Shown: positions 1 to 14,504, counted from the first letter of the whole stretch. The stretch is 63,709 bases of DNA, filler included, from Bigelowiella natans CCMP2755 (GCA_000320545.1; 5 parts of 5 records of this genome joined end to end with filler, not necessarily neighbours in it), one strand, 5' to 3'. Numbers and translations are program-made. The notes: generated by a model not told the origin, from the sequence alone.

Positions 1-350
1 CGAATGTTTCCACCCATCTTATTGTTGGTGATCTTGACCTCAGGCCATAGTGAATGGAGCCCCGTGTCGGTCACGCCGTGGTACCAGCTGGCTCCGGTGA
101 AAGCGGTGAGGGGGGGGGGGGAACAACATCGCCGTCGCATGTATTTCATACACGTTTTCACTCGTGTGCACGCACCGCTGGTAACTTGCCACTTCTAATC
201 CCAGAGAGTAATAGTAGTCTGAAAATTTGCCGTACGTGCCTTTCCACACGCTTGTATATAACCTTTGGAGAGGAAGGGGGGCGGGGGGGCGGAGAAAAGA
301 GCAGTGTTATCAGGCCAAGAGAAGAGACAACAGTTGAGGTGGGGAAGTAC

Positions 351-716
351 CCCACAGCGTTTGCGTCATTACCACCGAGCCTTCTTCGTCGAGATAGATC
401 TCGAAAACCTGTACGTTAACGACGGTGGTGATTCCCCAAGCTGCTGCTCATTCATAAAAGCATCATCATATCAGTGAATTTATCTCTGACCAGCGCACGG
501 CGCACTTGTCCCTCATTTAGTGACATGATGTCCTCAGAAAGCTTCCTCGGTAACATCGGGACGCAAAGCCCTACGCAGTCGTTTGGGAGGGAGGGAGGGG
601 GGGGGGAGAGGTTACGAGGGACCGAGCGATGTAATATTATTACCCACAATCATCATTGTCATAGTCGAGCAGGACATGACGCTACCGCTGCGGTGTTTTG
701 AAGGTCTCCTTGGATC

Positions 717-748
<32 letters not shown>

Positions 749-1836
749 CATTATTCTTGTGTGAATGAACTAACCTGGCAAGTAGAAGGAGGTGCCTCCC
801 CGTCGTAGCGCCTCGTTGAAAAGCGGAGAAGTTGGCGACACGAAGAAGGCTCCATCGGCTAATGCATAGCTCACCAAATACCGGATACTGAGCAGGAGAG
901 GCATTGTGCGCGTGATATGTGCGTGCGGTAGCTATTACTGAAAGTTGATCACCCCCCCCCCCCCCGCCCTTCCTCCTTCCCTCCCCCTCTTTGTGTGTTT
1001 GCGCGGCTATTCTAGCTTTTGAAGGGCAGCTACCGACCGATGGTATTTGTCGTCATTTACGGCTCCGTCGTAGTCTCCGTTGGTTTCCCTGCTATCGCCT
1101 ATTTTTTTGCCATCTCGAGCATCCCCAGTACTCTTCTTCGAGGAGGTCGCTTTCTTCTCACCCTGTTTGACCCTGGAGAGCCACATCGCCTGGTCTAAGT
1201 CCATAGAGGTATCGTTGTCAATTGTGATATATGCTCTGGAGGTGAGATCTTTGTAATTGCTGCTGAATTCTGTAGGAGTGGGAACAGCAGCTGTTTCGCC
1301 CAGCTTGCCCCCTTCTCTGTGACATCTCCGAAGAATTTCGGGTATCGCGCTCGCCTCGGCTGCTGTGATCTTTTCCACCTCCTTTTCGATTGAGCGTGAG
1401 AAGGTGACCTACGGGGTCGTGGTTCAAATATATTCAGGGCCTGTTTACTTATTTCTCGCTCCGCCCCCCCACCCCCCCCCTCCCCTCTCTCTCCTCTCTC
1501 CAAGTAGACAACACATAAATAGAAACTGATCTGTACATACGGATTAAATACTTTAATTCGCATAAGATACACACCAAGAGTCAAAAAACGGCATCTACCC
1601 TCAGGCCTGCCTCCTTAACCAGTGTTTCGCATATTTCCGCAGCTTTTTGCTTCATCTTCTGCTCGAACGGGCTACGAGATCGACAGCGATGTCGAATACC
1701 CCTGAAGGGAGAGCGGGAGCGACGAGGCGACTTTCGGCGACGTCTTCGACTGCGTATCAATAGAACCTCACAATCATGATGTACATGGTTTGGTTTGACA
1801 TACATTTTCCATTCTTGTACCGATGGATTATAGAGA

Positions 1837-1878
<42 letters not shown>

Positions 1879-2029
1879 ACGATGTATCGTCGCACCGCAA
1901 AGCGTCCTTCTTCTTAGGGCTTCCATGATGTTGACGTTGTGGCGACTTTGAAGCACTGTCTCGCCTATGATCACGGTTGCTATTGCGATGGCGACCAGTT
2001 TTGCCTGTTGTATTCTTCATCTTCTTCAC
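351..2029 (-). CDS. RNase II/RNase R family (RNB domain) 3'-5' exoribonuclease, multi-exon, 3' part not resolved in window
   Basis: Phase-consistent GT-AG exons 1408-1038, 887-775, 570-491 and 408-351 translate to VTFSRSIEKEVEK...KDLTSRAYITIDNDTSMDLDQAMWLSR...RYLVSYALADGAFFVSPTSPLFNEALRRGGTSFYLPGLCVPMLPRKLSEDIMSLNEGQVRRALVFEIYLDEEG. This is the RNB motif series (DL..TID...DLD; YAIAD; R.TS.YLP...PMLP.LS...SL). Upstream exons (~2029-1599) are basic and RS-rich; the start codon is uncertain. Confidence 0.8.
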
Positions 2030-3329
2030 CTTTATGCCTGAATCTCGAAGCTAGCGCGGCTTGATCCCTTGTTCTAAACAAAACAATGAAAGCACGAGAT
2101 TCGCTGACTCTCTCTAAACTACTATGTGGGAATGGAAGTGGGGTGCAACCCGTACCTTCCTGGAACTGCTCGTGCTTGCAGCTTTGGTATCTTAATTTTA
2201 AGATCACGAAGAATTATCAGCGACAGAAAACCCTTGCGATTCTTCTCCTTCCCTGCCGTCACAGTCTTGTCACAAGACTGAAATCGCAATCATTTTAAAC
2301 ATCGATGTCTACTCGTATCGGTGTGGAATTCTGTGACATGCAGATGCCCACATCTGATCTCTATGCGACAAACACAAGTAATAAGGCAATTTTAATCACA
2401 GCCCATTTCGGAGCAACGCGTCAACATTGCAAGGGAGAAACTACCGAATCTCCTTTCGTGATGGAAACAAGGGATGTGTTCCGAGAATCAACCGAGCAGA
2501 TGATATTTGGATAATTCATTCGGTCAAAGTACGCTTAAAATATTCACCAAAATGCGTAGCCTTCTCCTCGGCCTTCCGAAGGTGGCGCTTTCGCTAGCGT
2601 TGTGGATGCTGCTTCACCCTAGTTTTAGATGAAAAGCTTACTCGAGCTTAACTCAGCCATTCATCTTATCATTTAATTGCTATTGGGGTGTTAATACTGC
2701 TTTCAGCGTCGTCGAATTCTGGCCTCATCGAGCACATCCAGAAGACGGCACGATGTGTCGGAGCGAATGAGTCGATGCTTGTCCACGGGAACACTGAAAA
2801 CTGTCGATTTAGCCCCAATCACCGAGGCGATACATGCCAAAGAGAACTCGGGACGTGTAAGCCTTGATGCTGCCGTCGATAGCAACAGGTGCTCCCCTTT
2901 TCTTTTCTACGATTTGAAGCGATAAACCAATTCGTTGATGTCCCCTATGTTTCTGCTCACTTTGTGGATCAGTGACATCATCTTAACATTGCAGGGAGGT
3001 GTGTGACAGCATTGTGAGCTCATTGACGGAATCTGGGTTTTTGTATCTGGAGAACACGCCAATTTTACCAGAGGACATCCGCTCTACCTTCGCAGCTTCT
3101 GACTGGGTAGGAGAGAGAAAGAAATAAGGAGAGGGGGAAGACGAACTAAGTCGACGGGGATGAGAATCCTTTGTGAAAATTAATTGGCCACATTTCCGAT
3201 CCTTCTTATCTTTCAGCTCTTTTCTCTTCCCCAGACGGAGAAGGAGCAACTCGCAGGCAAGAGATTGCATAGAATCTTCCCAATCCTTCTTGTCTTATGT
3301 CCTACACTACACTCCATTCTTCCTCCCTG

Positions 3330-3735
3330 AAGTCATTATTGTTCGTGGAAAAATTGAAGGATGTTGCCTAATCATTCGATGGAATGTTGTCTTTGGATCT
3401 ATCTGAAAAATACGGCAGGATTAGGGAGCGGTGGTGCGGAGTACCAATCCTACTACCGATACTCGCATAGAGGTAGGATACTGTTCACCTTCCTTTTCGA
3501 AGCAAACAATCCATCGACATTGTATAATAGTCTTTCCCACGCGCTTAAACAACCAGGGGGCGCGCAGGACAACATCGAGGCATTTAATCTGTGCGTATAC
3601 AATGAAGACAGCCACTTAACTTCAGGAAAAATCGCACATATGTTATGCCCATTGAAATGGCCAGAGGTTGGGAGAGATGTAAACGTCTCACTTCATATTA
3701 TAATGCATGCTCTCTCTCTCTCTTTCTCTATCTCT

Positions 3736-3773
<38 letters not shown>

Positions 3774-5686
3774 AAAGATGTAACGACGACGTCGCTTCGA
3801 CAATGGACCTACGCGAAGAGTACTACAAGATGGCAGGTGCAATTTAGAGCCAAGATAGTAAGAAACTCAAATGTAAACAGGCTCACCGTTACGATGTACA
3901 CATATATACATTATCTATATATACCTTGTATACCGAATTGTGAGTGCGCACCTGTGACCCTTCTGTAGGCTTTGAGCCCGATTGGATGCCTCCTGGCCGC
4001 AGCAACAAGTGGCCGCCGAATGGTGTGTTGAATACAGATTATACCTCGATAGCGATTTGTGCTTGACGACTTCCAACTTTTTTTGTCCGAGCAGAGAGGA
4101 GCTTCCGCATCGACATACGTTCGTACTGGGCGAAATGCGAGCAGTTGGCAGGTGAGGGACTGTTTGTGGTGGGAAGAATTATGGAAGAAAAAATGCGATT
4201 CTTCTTCTCGCAAAGTCGAAAACGAATGACACTCGAGTAATCCTCCTTTTACATATGTCCTAACAATTGCGCCCTAGGAATTTTGTTCTCTTGCTTGGAA
4301 GTGGGATGTGGCCTTGAGAGAGGTGCCCTTTCGAGGCGCCACACGTGGTATGCTACTGACATAGCGTAACGAGTGTAGGGAGGGTGAGTTAGTAGCAGCC
4401 CTGATCATTGCTTCGAATCGTTGATTCAGCCGCGACCACACGATGGAAATAAAGAAATACCCTGCTCTTCCCGAAGTACGAGTAGTCGCAACACATATTG
4501 GAGCCTTCCCTATACAGCAATATCAAATTCTTATGCACAGAAATACAATTATTCGCAAGTTTTGACTAGAGTGAAATTGATATCAGTAAATTTATGTAAT
4601 ATGTGATCATTGTGCCTGCGCTTCTATCTATCTACCTATTTTTTGTGTGTGCGATCGCACTGACGTTTCCAAAAATCTGCGCAGGGTTTTTCCGAGTCAG
4701 TACGAATAGAGGATCATTCGGATTTGTCTACACTCACCATTTTAATACAAGTAATAGAAATGACGGCAAATTGTTCTTCACTTCACCTCCCCCCCCCCCC
4801 CATCCCCTCCTCTCTCTCTCTCTCACATATACACACACACACATGGTGATTATTAAACTATATTGGAGGAATCGGCAATTTTGGTCGTATTTGAGAAATT
4901 ATATAATGGTGTGCAGGACTCTGTCGGGGGGCTCCAAGCATTCAACATGTACACAAACAAGGAGAGTGGAGCGAGTGATACTGCGGAATTTATCATTATT
5001 TAGAGCGCATCCCTACCAACAAAGTGTTCAGAATGGTTTTGTATTCAGAGAAAATGATAAATGGATCGACATCCCGGCCCTTCCCAAAGTCCTCGTCAAT
5101 TCGGGAGACTTTCTTCGTGATCTTAGGTCCGCATACAACAATCTATATTAGAAAATGGTAGCACGTGACTTTTTCCCACGAGAGGGAGTGAAGGGAGAGC
5201 AAGAGCATTGAGAGAAGGGCTTCTGCGTGAACATTCGTGTACATCAGCGCCGGATTCATCCCGTCAACACGGCACAGAGTTGTTGCAACTCCAGAAAATA
5301 GGTATAAGAGTCCTCATAGAGGGGCGAGGAGAGACAGAGAGAGAGAGGGGGGGGGGGGGGGGGAGAGGCGCTGACTGTTTTTATATCGATGCAGATTGGA
5401 CAGGACCTCTTGTGTCTTCTTTGTTTCGCCAAACTGGTAGCATACCCGCAATTAGAAAAATCGACAAACTCTGGATTTTTAATTTAGATCAATGACTTAA
5501 CTAAAACAATTACGTGCATATGTTTGCTTCATAATTAAAATCAGGCACTCCCAGATCGAGCCGCTATGTGCGCAGTCATTCACAGATAATTTGTCGCAAG
5601 AGTCCGCAGTTGCTAGGACCATTTCTTGCGAGAACGCTCGGTATGATTTCGAGCCTTATCTGGCAGGAGATAGAATGCCAGCATAG
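3330..5686 (+). pseudogene. 2-oxoglutarate/Fe(II) dioxygenase (IPNS/DIOX-like) pseudogene with introns
   Basis: Ordered motif fragments: LDLSEK (~3390), DNIEAFNL...PLKWPE (~3568-3666), EIKKYPALP (~4446), exon 4685-4750 with HSDLSTLTILIQ (HxD at 4715-4723), DSVGGLQ (4917), WIDIPALPKVLVNSGDFL (5062-5115), NRYKSPHR (~5297), RQTL (5462). There are in-frame TAA codons at 3369-3371 and 5480-5482 and broken splice phases. Confidence 0.62.
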
Positions 5687-7265
5687 TATTTAACTACCTT
5701 GATGCAATGATCACGATTAATGCATCAAATCATGCTGCCCATCTTCCGAAAGTCTGCGCTGTGCATGCCAGCATGGCGCAAGGATTTCATGTGATCGTAG
5801 ATGTGATATGCACAGTCTTGTTTGTACGCTACGTTCAAGTGACACACAGTGGGCAGCAGCTTCGGCTGCACCTAAATGTTGATGTTGCGGCACTTTTCTC
5901 GTGAGAACATTTATGAACCCAACCATCGTGCATTGCGCTACATCATTGCGTTGTCACGTTTCTGTGTGCGAGCTGGCTTTGGTGAGGACTCATTGGATTT
6001 GAAAAATTTGCATTCTGGCTAGCTAGCTGCGTGGGGCAGCGCAATTGTGGCGGCGGCGTAAAGCATGTGCTCTTCGCAGGAACTTCCTGAAGGCTACATC
6101 TACACGATGATCAGCGGCCGGGTCATCCAACCTCCCTTTGCCAACAAATTCCAGGAGCTCCTGGGTGTAAGTCATGGTGTGTTGGCGCAAAAACCAAGTC
6201 GTACTTGCAAATGCGCATCCAATTTGCGGCAAGATTCGACCATCGTAACATGCAAATGCTCTACGGAAATTACCGGTAGGAAACCGGCCTGATGATCTTG
6301 GGTTTTTTTGGAGGTGCGACATGGTAATGACAAAATATCACCAGAATTTGCAGCGTTTGTCGGAGAATCTCACGAAAACCGGGAAAAGTTCGATCTGGAT
6401 CTATATACATGTAAGATCACTCGGCCGGGAGCAATTGTGCAGTGGTGCTGTTTTCCTCGATCGCGCTCTTGTTGTTCCTACATTCAGCTCGGAGGACGCA
6501 ACACAGCCCCGTCGGTAGTATGTGAATCAACGAATAACTGGTCCCAGAAGCCTAATAGTTTAGTGAAATTTTCCGCCACATGTACCCATTTTGGGATGCG
6601 ACGCCCTCGCTGACTTACTGCTCATCCAAAGCTTCCGATTCGCTATTCAGGGGACGGTGCTTTAGCACGACCGGGGAGAGGAAGAAAGGAGGCGGGCGCG
6701 AGGCGGGTTAATCATGAGCAACCGAAGCGTCCTGACTTTGAATGACTTCATAGATTCTCCCAACGACCACTTCCCTGCCAGGCTCTCCAAGGTTAGATGC
6801 CCGGTGGTTTCTTTCCGTGCAGTCTTGAAAGAAATAGCTGCAGGGCACGTATTGCAAGCGCTAAAGCGGCAATCTATCCGATTCCCCCTATGCTGCAAAG
6901 TGCTCAAAAGCAACTAGTAGCAGCATTTCCCCGCACTTGCTCTATTTTAACCGGATGAATAACATGTAGTTTCTGCCTACTGTCTTTTCACGTTTAGAGA
7001 GGGAGGAGCAATATAGAGGACTTGTTAGGAGATTCGACAACGATAACTCGAAACTCGAAGAATGACGTAGGTAGGTGGATATTGCTATCATGGAGTGCGA
7101 TGTTCGAGGAATGGTGTCCGCGTAATCGCTGGTATCATCTACATATATGTGCAGGTGCTACCGTCCGCACGGACAAGCAAACGATCCAAAACACCCTGGT
7201 ACATCGTCTATGGGCGTACAACGAGTAGATAATCGGCAATGCTATGATCGTTGACAGCATGATCA

Positions 7266-7302
<37 letters not shown>

Positions 7303-7307
7303 AAAAA

Positions 7308-7345
<38 letters not shown>

Positions 7346-8180
7346 TTGTGTGTGATATTCTCCTCTAATCTTCCTGTTGCTGTAGAATGCTGTCAAGATG
7401 TACTTCACCATCCATCACCTCAAGGTATTACCGACTCATCAACCGCAGAGTGCGATTTATCATCACATCATTCTCTTTGAATCCAGTGGAATAGAAGTAC
7501 AGAGAAAATCATCCAAACATCTTAGGGTCTGGAAGTCGCATTGCCGTTCTTATCTCAAGAGCTAACTCGAAGGTCTTCAAAAGCGCTAGCAGCTACGCAG
7601 ATTTTCCATTTCCGATCAAATCATATTATAAATATAGTATAGTATAGTATATATATATATAGAAATATATATTAGCCATCGTCCACTTTTCTACCTCGCC
7701 ATACTTGAAAACAAACGATAAGCAAAGTTGGGATGTGCACGGGAAAGGAACAGCGATGGGATCTCGTTTTCGATGTAGATATCTTACCATCAGTGTTCAT
7801 GCACCCCAATAAGGGGGTTTCAAGCAAGTCAAATCATGATGGCAAACCAGGACAGCATTTCCCTATTTGAATCAACCAAGCGCTAGTGATGATTAGCATT
7901 ATTGAATTTTTTTTCTTCTTCTTCTTCTTCTTCTTCTTCTTCTTCTTCTTCCCCTGACTGTTCATGGACGCTGCTCTCTTGCCAGTGCGGGGGAGCGCAG
8001 TGGCAGCCGAGTGTCCGAAAAGGACCTCGATATCAACATCTCTCCTACGACATTGCTCAGCGAGACTCAGAGCCGCATACAGCAGATGGTACTAGCGCAT
8101 CGACACACATCCAGCCGCAGCACTTCTGAGAGCTTTTGGCCACGATTGTTATCTCACAATTAAACCTGCTTTTGATTCAT

Positions 8181-8224
<44 letters not shown>

Positions 8225-8816
8225 TTCTCTCTATTTCTCTCTATGATCTAACGGAACCCTTCTTCGCTCAGATAAAGGCCATGGAAAAGGACACATGGGA
8301 TCAACAGGCGAACGCCGGTTTCTTCCACTGGCACACCACTCAAACACAGACACACACAGACACACACAGGCACACACACACACACACACACACAAACACA
8401 TACAAGCCATATCGTCCTCTTTGTCGAGATCACTGGTTCGGTGCTACTTGTGCACCTTCCCTTTTTCACCCCCCCCCCCCCCCCCGTTCCTTTTTGAAAA
8501 GGCCATGACATAATATTCTGCAATCGCGCTGAGTTTGACCGATATAAAGACGCCCGCCTCAAGGTTCGGTGGTAGGGAAAGGGTGGTGCATCTTGGATGA
8601 TGAGGGGGAAACAAGGGAAGGAGTGAACTACATAATTGTAAGCACGGCTATGATTGCAGTCGTTGTCGTCGTCGTCGTCGGCATCATGTAAATACGTGTT
8701 TGCTGTGCATCGTCGTCGTGTTGCTATATTTCAGATCTTGGCCCGTTCCCTCCGAATGACGGAGCTGCATCCATATCACGTCATGGTAACCGTGCACGTT
8801 GATATATTTGCACACA

Positions 8817-8855
<39 letters not shown>

Positions 8856-9998
8856 GCACACACTCTCACATGCACACACCCCAATCCCCCCCCCCCCCCC
8901 CCCTCCCTAACTCTCTTTTATCCATCAGAAATCCGCGATGGAGGGAATCGAATCGACTTCACCTTCTGTAACAACTGCTACTACTGATGCATACACCACA
9001 CATAGCTGCTGACTGTGCCATGGCCATCACCCATCCACTTATTTAATATAAATGTACCATCTATTTCGACACAGAGGAGAGGGGTGGGGTGGGGAACATG
9101 CAAATGGCGATGGGGGATGTCCAACAGCTCGCATACTTTTCGATATTTCTAGGAGGTTTTTCCTCGTAGTATGCGCTTCGTGCTTCTTCCTCCCTCAATC
9201 TTTTGGTTATCATCCCATCCACCCAGTTTCACCGTATTTGCCGTGCTTCAGGGTGGAGGAGATGACGGCGGCGAGATGGAGGGGTTCGTCGTGGGAGACA
9301 TCGAGGTACCTTCTAGTCGTAGCTGTTCTCAGGCGCCAGCAGCAGCAGCCAGAAACGGCATGATCATTATTCAGTGCAGCGATGCAATTAATCAGTAACG
9401 ACACAGAAATAGCACTTAGTTGTGGTGAGTCGCTGTGCGCTCTTCGTGAACGGCCAGCCCCCATTCCCGGTAATTTGCAGGGGAGGAGGACGAGGCTTGC
9501 GATCGATGCTCTGTTGGCCACAGATCACACATGTAGATGCTCCCCTCACACTCACCCCCTTCCACCATAGAAATTGGAGAGGCATTGGATGGCGTTGGGA
9601 GAGGTGGAAGCTGCAGAGGCGAGATCTCCTTTGATGATGACAAGAACCAAGCCTCACGAGTATCTTATCGCACTGTAAGCTACCATCAGCAAATTAGGAC
9701 GTGTGTGTGTGTGGGGGGGGGGGGGGCAAGCGGGAAGCGGTTGAAGATATAGTATGATCCTGTAATACATACGGCAGCCGCAGCAGCAGAATTAGCTTTA
9801 TAAGCACTTCCGATCGATAGCTGTATCAACGGTTTGCGTGAAGTGTGTGGGGGGGGGTGCGATGGGATGGCGTGGTGTTGATTGATGATGATGTCCTGGG
9901 TAGGTATTCGTGCCCGAAGAGTAGTAGCTCTCGCGACCTCTATGAGAACGCAAGTCGGGAGCATGCTCATCTGTTTATCCTCAGAAACACAGCATCCG

Positions 9999-10040
<42 letters not shown>

Positions 10041-10167
10041 AATTTATGTAGAGCTATCGAGCCATATTTTAACTTATTTGTTTCATCTTTATTTCATTCC
10101 AATGCTGTTTATCTCCCGGGTGTGTGGGCGTGTGGGTGCTCGATGCTGACGTATGCTTTGCGGGCAG

Positions 10168-10414
10168 TTCTTCTAACATCGTCGCGCATCCTGAAGACGG
10201 AAAAGGGGAAGGTGAAGCACGAGGTCGACCTCAGATTCTTTCGGCGCTTGTCGCACATCAAGAAAATGATTGGGAAAGACCAGATCAAGATTTGGTGGAG
10301 CACCAGGAAGAACAAAGGTCAGGCTTGTTTTTGAGCCGCCGACATCGAGATCACCATGCTTCGGAAGATGATAGAAATTTGATGCCTCGATTGGCTTTAC
10401 ATTAGCAGTCACTG

Positions 10415-10447
<33 letters not shown>

Positions 10448-11735
10448 CACATTGTCACCATCATCATCTTCGTCATCGTCATCGACATCGTCATCACCAT
10501 CATGACCACAATCATCGTAAACTATGCATTCTCCGTGAATCTTGACCTCAGGCTCCACCACCCGCGCGCGTAGCAAGGATAGAGGAGGAGGCGGCGACGA
10601 GATCCGAACGACGACGACAACGCTTACCGTTTGGAAACGAAAGCCAGCACTCATTGTATGTGTAGCGACATATCGAGAGGAAGTGAAGAGTGTTCAGATT
10701 CCTCTTTTCCCATCTTTTCAAACATCTCCAGTGACTCCTCTTTATTGAAAAGTGCACGTGTGATCCCTCCCTCCCTCCCTCCCTCCCTCCCTCCCTCTGA
10801 CGTTATCGACCACCTCCATGTAGCTCTGTCGCCTGGTTGAAGCATGCGCAAGCGCCCTTCGCGAGGAGAAGCAAATCGCCATGGAAATGACCAAAACTAT
10901 CACAGGTTTGGAAAGAAGTGGACACTTCCATTGCCAAGTTCTCTTCTCCCCCCCTCTCCTATTCCTCCTCGCTTCCTTGTCGGCGTTGATATTGCCCCCC
11001 TCCCTTAAGAGTACAAGATAATGCCCTCTTGCGAGACCGCATTTTGTCGCTCACACCGTTCCTCATCACTTGCCTTCGATATAACTGTAGGAAAAGAGCC
11101 CTGTTCAGACCTGAAGTCATCGCTCCACTCTCACCATAGCCACTACGGGTTGATTGGCCACGTCATCTTCATCATCATCGTCGTCATCTCTACTCACGTA
11201 AATATCGTAACCTATAGGTCTCTTTTTCTCGAATCTCTTTCTCGACTGAAAGAGGATGAGGAGGAGGGCGATGACGATGGAGGGGACGGGGGCAGAAACA
11301 GCAAAGAAGATGGCAATCAGGATGGCGACGAACAGAAGGCGCAAGAAAGCAAAAATCAGAATACCCGGCGGCGGAGCAGCCGGAGGGCTGCTGTTAAGGA
11401 GGTATCCATAGTTTTTTTTATGCGCTTGGGATGGCCTGAATTATGCTTTGAGCACACAGCAAAATCCAAAGAATATACATCTTGTTTGTACGTGCTTGCG
11501 CGTGCTTGTGCGTGCTTGTGCGTGTGTGGTTTCTCACCGGTTAAATCGCACCACAGATCGAGTCGTCTGTCGAGTCTCTCTTACGCTGGCCCGGCACACG
11601 CATCATCCTAAATGTACACCATCATCACCACTATCACCATCACTATTACTACCACTGTCGCCATATCGCCACCCTACCATCTTAAGACAGTGCACGCGCC
11701 CACGAAATAATGTGGCGGTTGCATTTTTCCATCAT

Positions 11736-11809
<74 letters not shown>

Positions 11810-12749
11810 TCTTCTGATTCACATTGAGCATACCCCCTACCAAGTCCGAGGTGTGGGAACGGATCTACACTGGAACGAAAGGGGGGGATGCTCCTTCGCT
11901 ATCCAAGGACAACCACGATGAAGCTTTTGCAGAAGGACAAAAGAGGGAGGAGGAGGAGGAGGAGGAGGAGGAGGAGGAGGGGGAGGAACGACGACGAAGA
12001 GGAGGAGGGAGTCAATCCAACCCCTATCCGCAACAGCACGGGCAGAGGAAGGAGCAGCAGTAAACGTCTCAGGTGTCGTTGTTTGCATAGTCATCATCAT
12101 CACCATCATCATCATTATCATCCATATCCTGCAGCTGATAGACGACTCCTCTATTAATTGATACCTCAACTTCCCCTCCCCCCCCCCTCTCTATCTTCTT
12201 CTCCCCTTCTGATACATATTCGAACATTTCTCTCACTGTATTACATACGAATCCAATATCTTGTTGGGGGTATTTTTTGGAAATTAAGCTTCGTTGCGAA
12301 CCGCACATTCGTCGTGCGGGCGAGGAAGAAATCCCACAGCTACCTCCTCCCTCCCCCCTCCCCAAACACGCTCGAGGAGAAGTTCGCAACCCTTTTTCCC
12401 TTTAGATGTTTCCTCCGTGCACACCGACATCGAGGCGAACCTTGAGATCTATAATAAACAGAGCAGCAGCTATGATCAAAAGAAGAGGATAGATGATGAG
12501 CACATTTGTTTAGGCTTTATATGGGGTTCAGATATCTGACATTCTTTTGAAATCTCTGCTACTCCTCCTCCTCCTTCGCCACCTTGACCTACTTCTCTCA
12601 ATTATATAAAGGATTCTCGCAAGGGCTGTGGTTGCGGTCGAACACGGCGTTTCCACCATGTCCGAGAGAGAGGTGGCGAGAAGAAGGGGGGGGGGGGGGG
12701 GGAGAGTGGCATTTAGACTAACTTCCATCGTTTTCATGATATAAATAGC

Positions 12750-12791
<42 letters not shown>

Positions 12792-14472
12792 AATCTCAAC
12801 CTAACCTTAGTCGATTCTGATGGCCGCAATGGAGGGGATCATTGTAAGTAGCACCATCTCACCCAAGCGCGAATACGCACCTTCATGTCATTCCTGCTTG
12901 GATATTGGACAATTGCACACCTATGATCGGAAATAAGGCTGTGGAAATGCCTTTATCTGCCAAGATCAGACCGCAAATCCTTCCTTCTACCCGTCTCCCC
13001 CCCCCTTCTTTTTATGCCTATAAGAGCACGCAAAATAAGCTTGGGTGAAAGTAGAGAGAAAGAGTTCCTGAATCATGGAATAGAGTTCTCCCCCCTCCCC
13101 TCCCCTCAAATGTCACAATGGGAATGACCATTCGGACTAATACATGACATCTGTGTGGCACTAAATAGGCTTTGGAAACTCAGTTGTCGATTGGGGTAGG
13201 TTCGCACCCGCATTTCCCCAGTAAACGAGAGAAGAAGAAGCAGCAGCAGTGTTGAGCTTTTGACCAACCGATATACCCCGCATGAGGAATAGCCATATTA
13301 TTAGAGATTACAGAATCCTGACCATCGCTACCTTTCCTGTTTCCCCCCTGTTGTTCTGTCTTGAAAGAGGGGCGGCGGCCTCAAGGAAATAAGGTTCTCC
13401 TCCCTGACCTAAAAGCCTTTCTCCCCGCTTTCGTGAAGCTTTCAATCTGCAACCGTTGCATGACATCAACCGATGATAATAATAATAATAATAATAATGA
13501 TAATAATAATTGCACAGGGCTCTCGTGCGGGCGCTGCTCGACGTGAATTCGAGGATCAAGGTGGATTTATGCACGCCCCGCAGCTGCGTCCCACATCTAT
13601 CATAACACTGACAACCCATCCGTGTCGTCGTTCACCGCCTCAGAGAGCGAGTAGGGAGATGGCGACGGCCCATCTATCGACTTGGAGCTCAAGCTCTATG
13701 GAGTGGGGGGGGGGGGGGGGGCAAAGCTGTTATGGCGATGATAACAGTGTGAGCGGTCGTTGCGGCGGTATTTGTATGGGCACGTTGCGTGTTTGATTCT
13801 GCTGCCAAAAATCCGGTGATGCGTTGATCAAAAGCATATTCAATTCTCGTACAATCCTAACCGAGTAATTTTCTTCTTTGTTGCGTCTGGTCATTGCCCC
13901 CCCTCCCCCCCCCCCCCCCTCTCTTTTCCCTTGCTACAATTTTACTCGTTGTCTCGTTCGTGGGAATGGCGCTTGGGACTGGAGGCTGCCTCATTCGCGA
14001 CCACATGCGTCTACAAAGGCTCGTGGCGGTGAGTGCACGGAGTTCTTCCGATATAAGATGGCCAAACCGACAGCATACACCACCGTATTTTGTTCAAGAA
14101 TAGTATTTCTCATGCATGAATGCTGAGACGACTCAATATTCAGCTCGCATCGACGCGGATAGGGGACGGCGCCTGTTCCGACGGAGGCAACCAGCACGGC
14201 ACTAGCAGAAGAAGGCGTGGGGTGGGTGGTAGGGACGGCCATAGAGGAGTAACAGCAGGGCCGCAATACGAGAAATCATTGCATCCTGTACTGCGACTGG
14301 CTCTATGGGCACATGCACAGGTCGGCGCGATTCTGCCCTAGTCTCTAATGATGCGTGTGAGAGTTGCAAGAGGTAGGCAAGGAGGAGGAGAAGGAGGAGG
14401 AGGTTGGACGAGCTGAACAGCAGCAGCATGCTGGGTGCGGATAGGCTTTTCGTTCTTCATGTTCTTTGTTGT

Positions 14473-14504
<32 letters not shown>

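Noticed and set aside
3369-5482. Stop-codon reassignment (TAA as Gln) explaining the dioxygenase stops
   Set aside because: More than 3,600 codons of the ligase contain no in-frame TAA/TAG, and the dioxygenase also has indels and lost splice sites.
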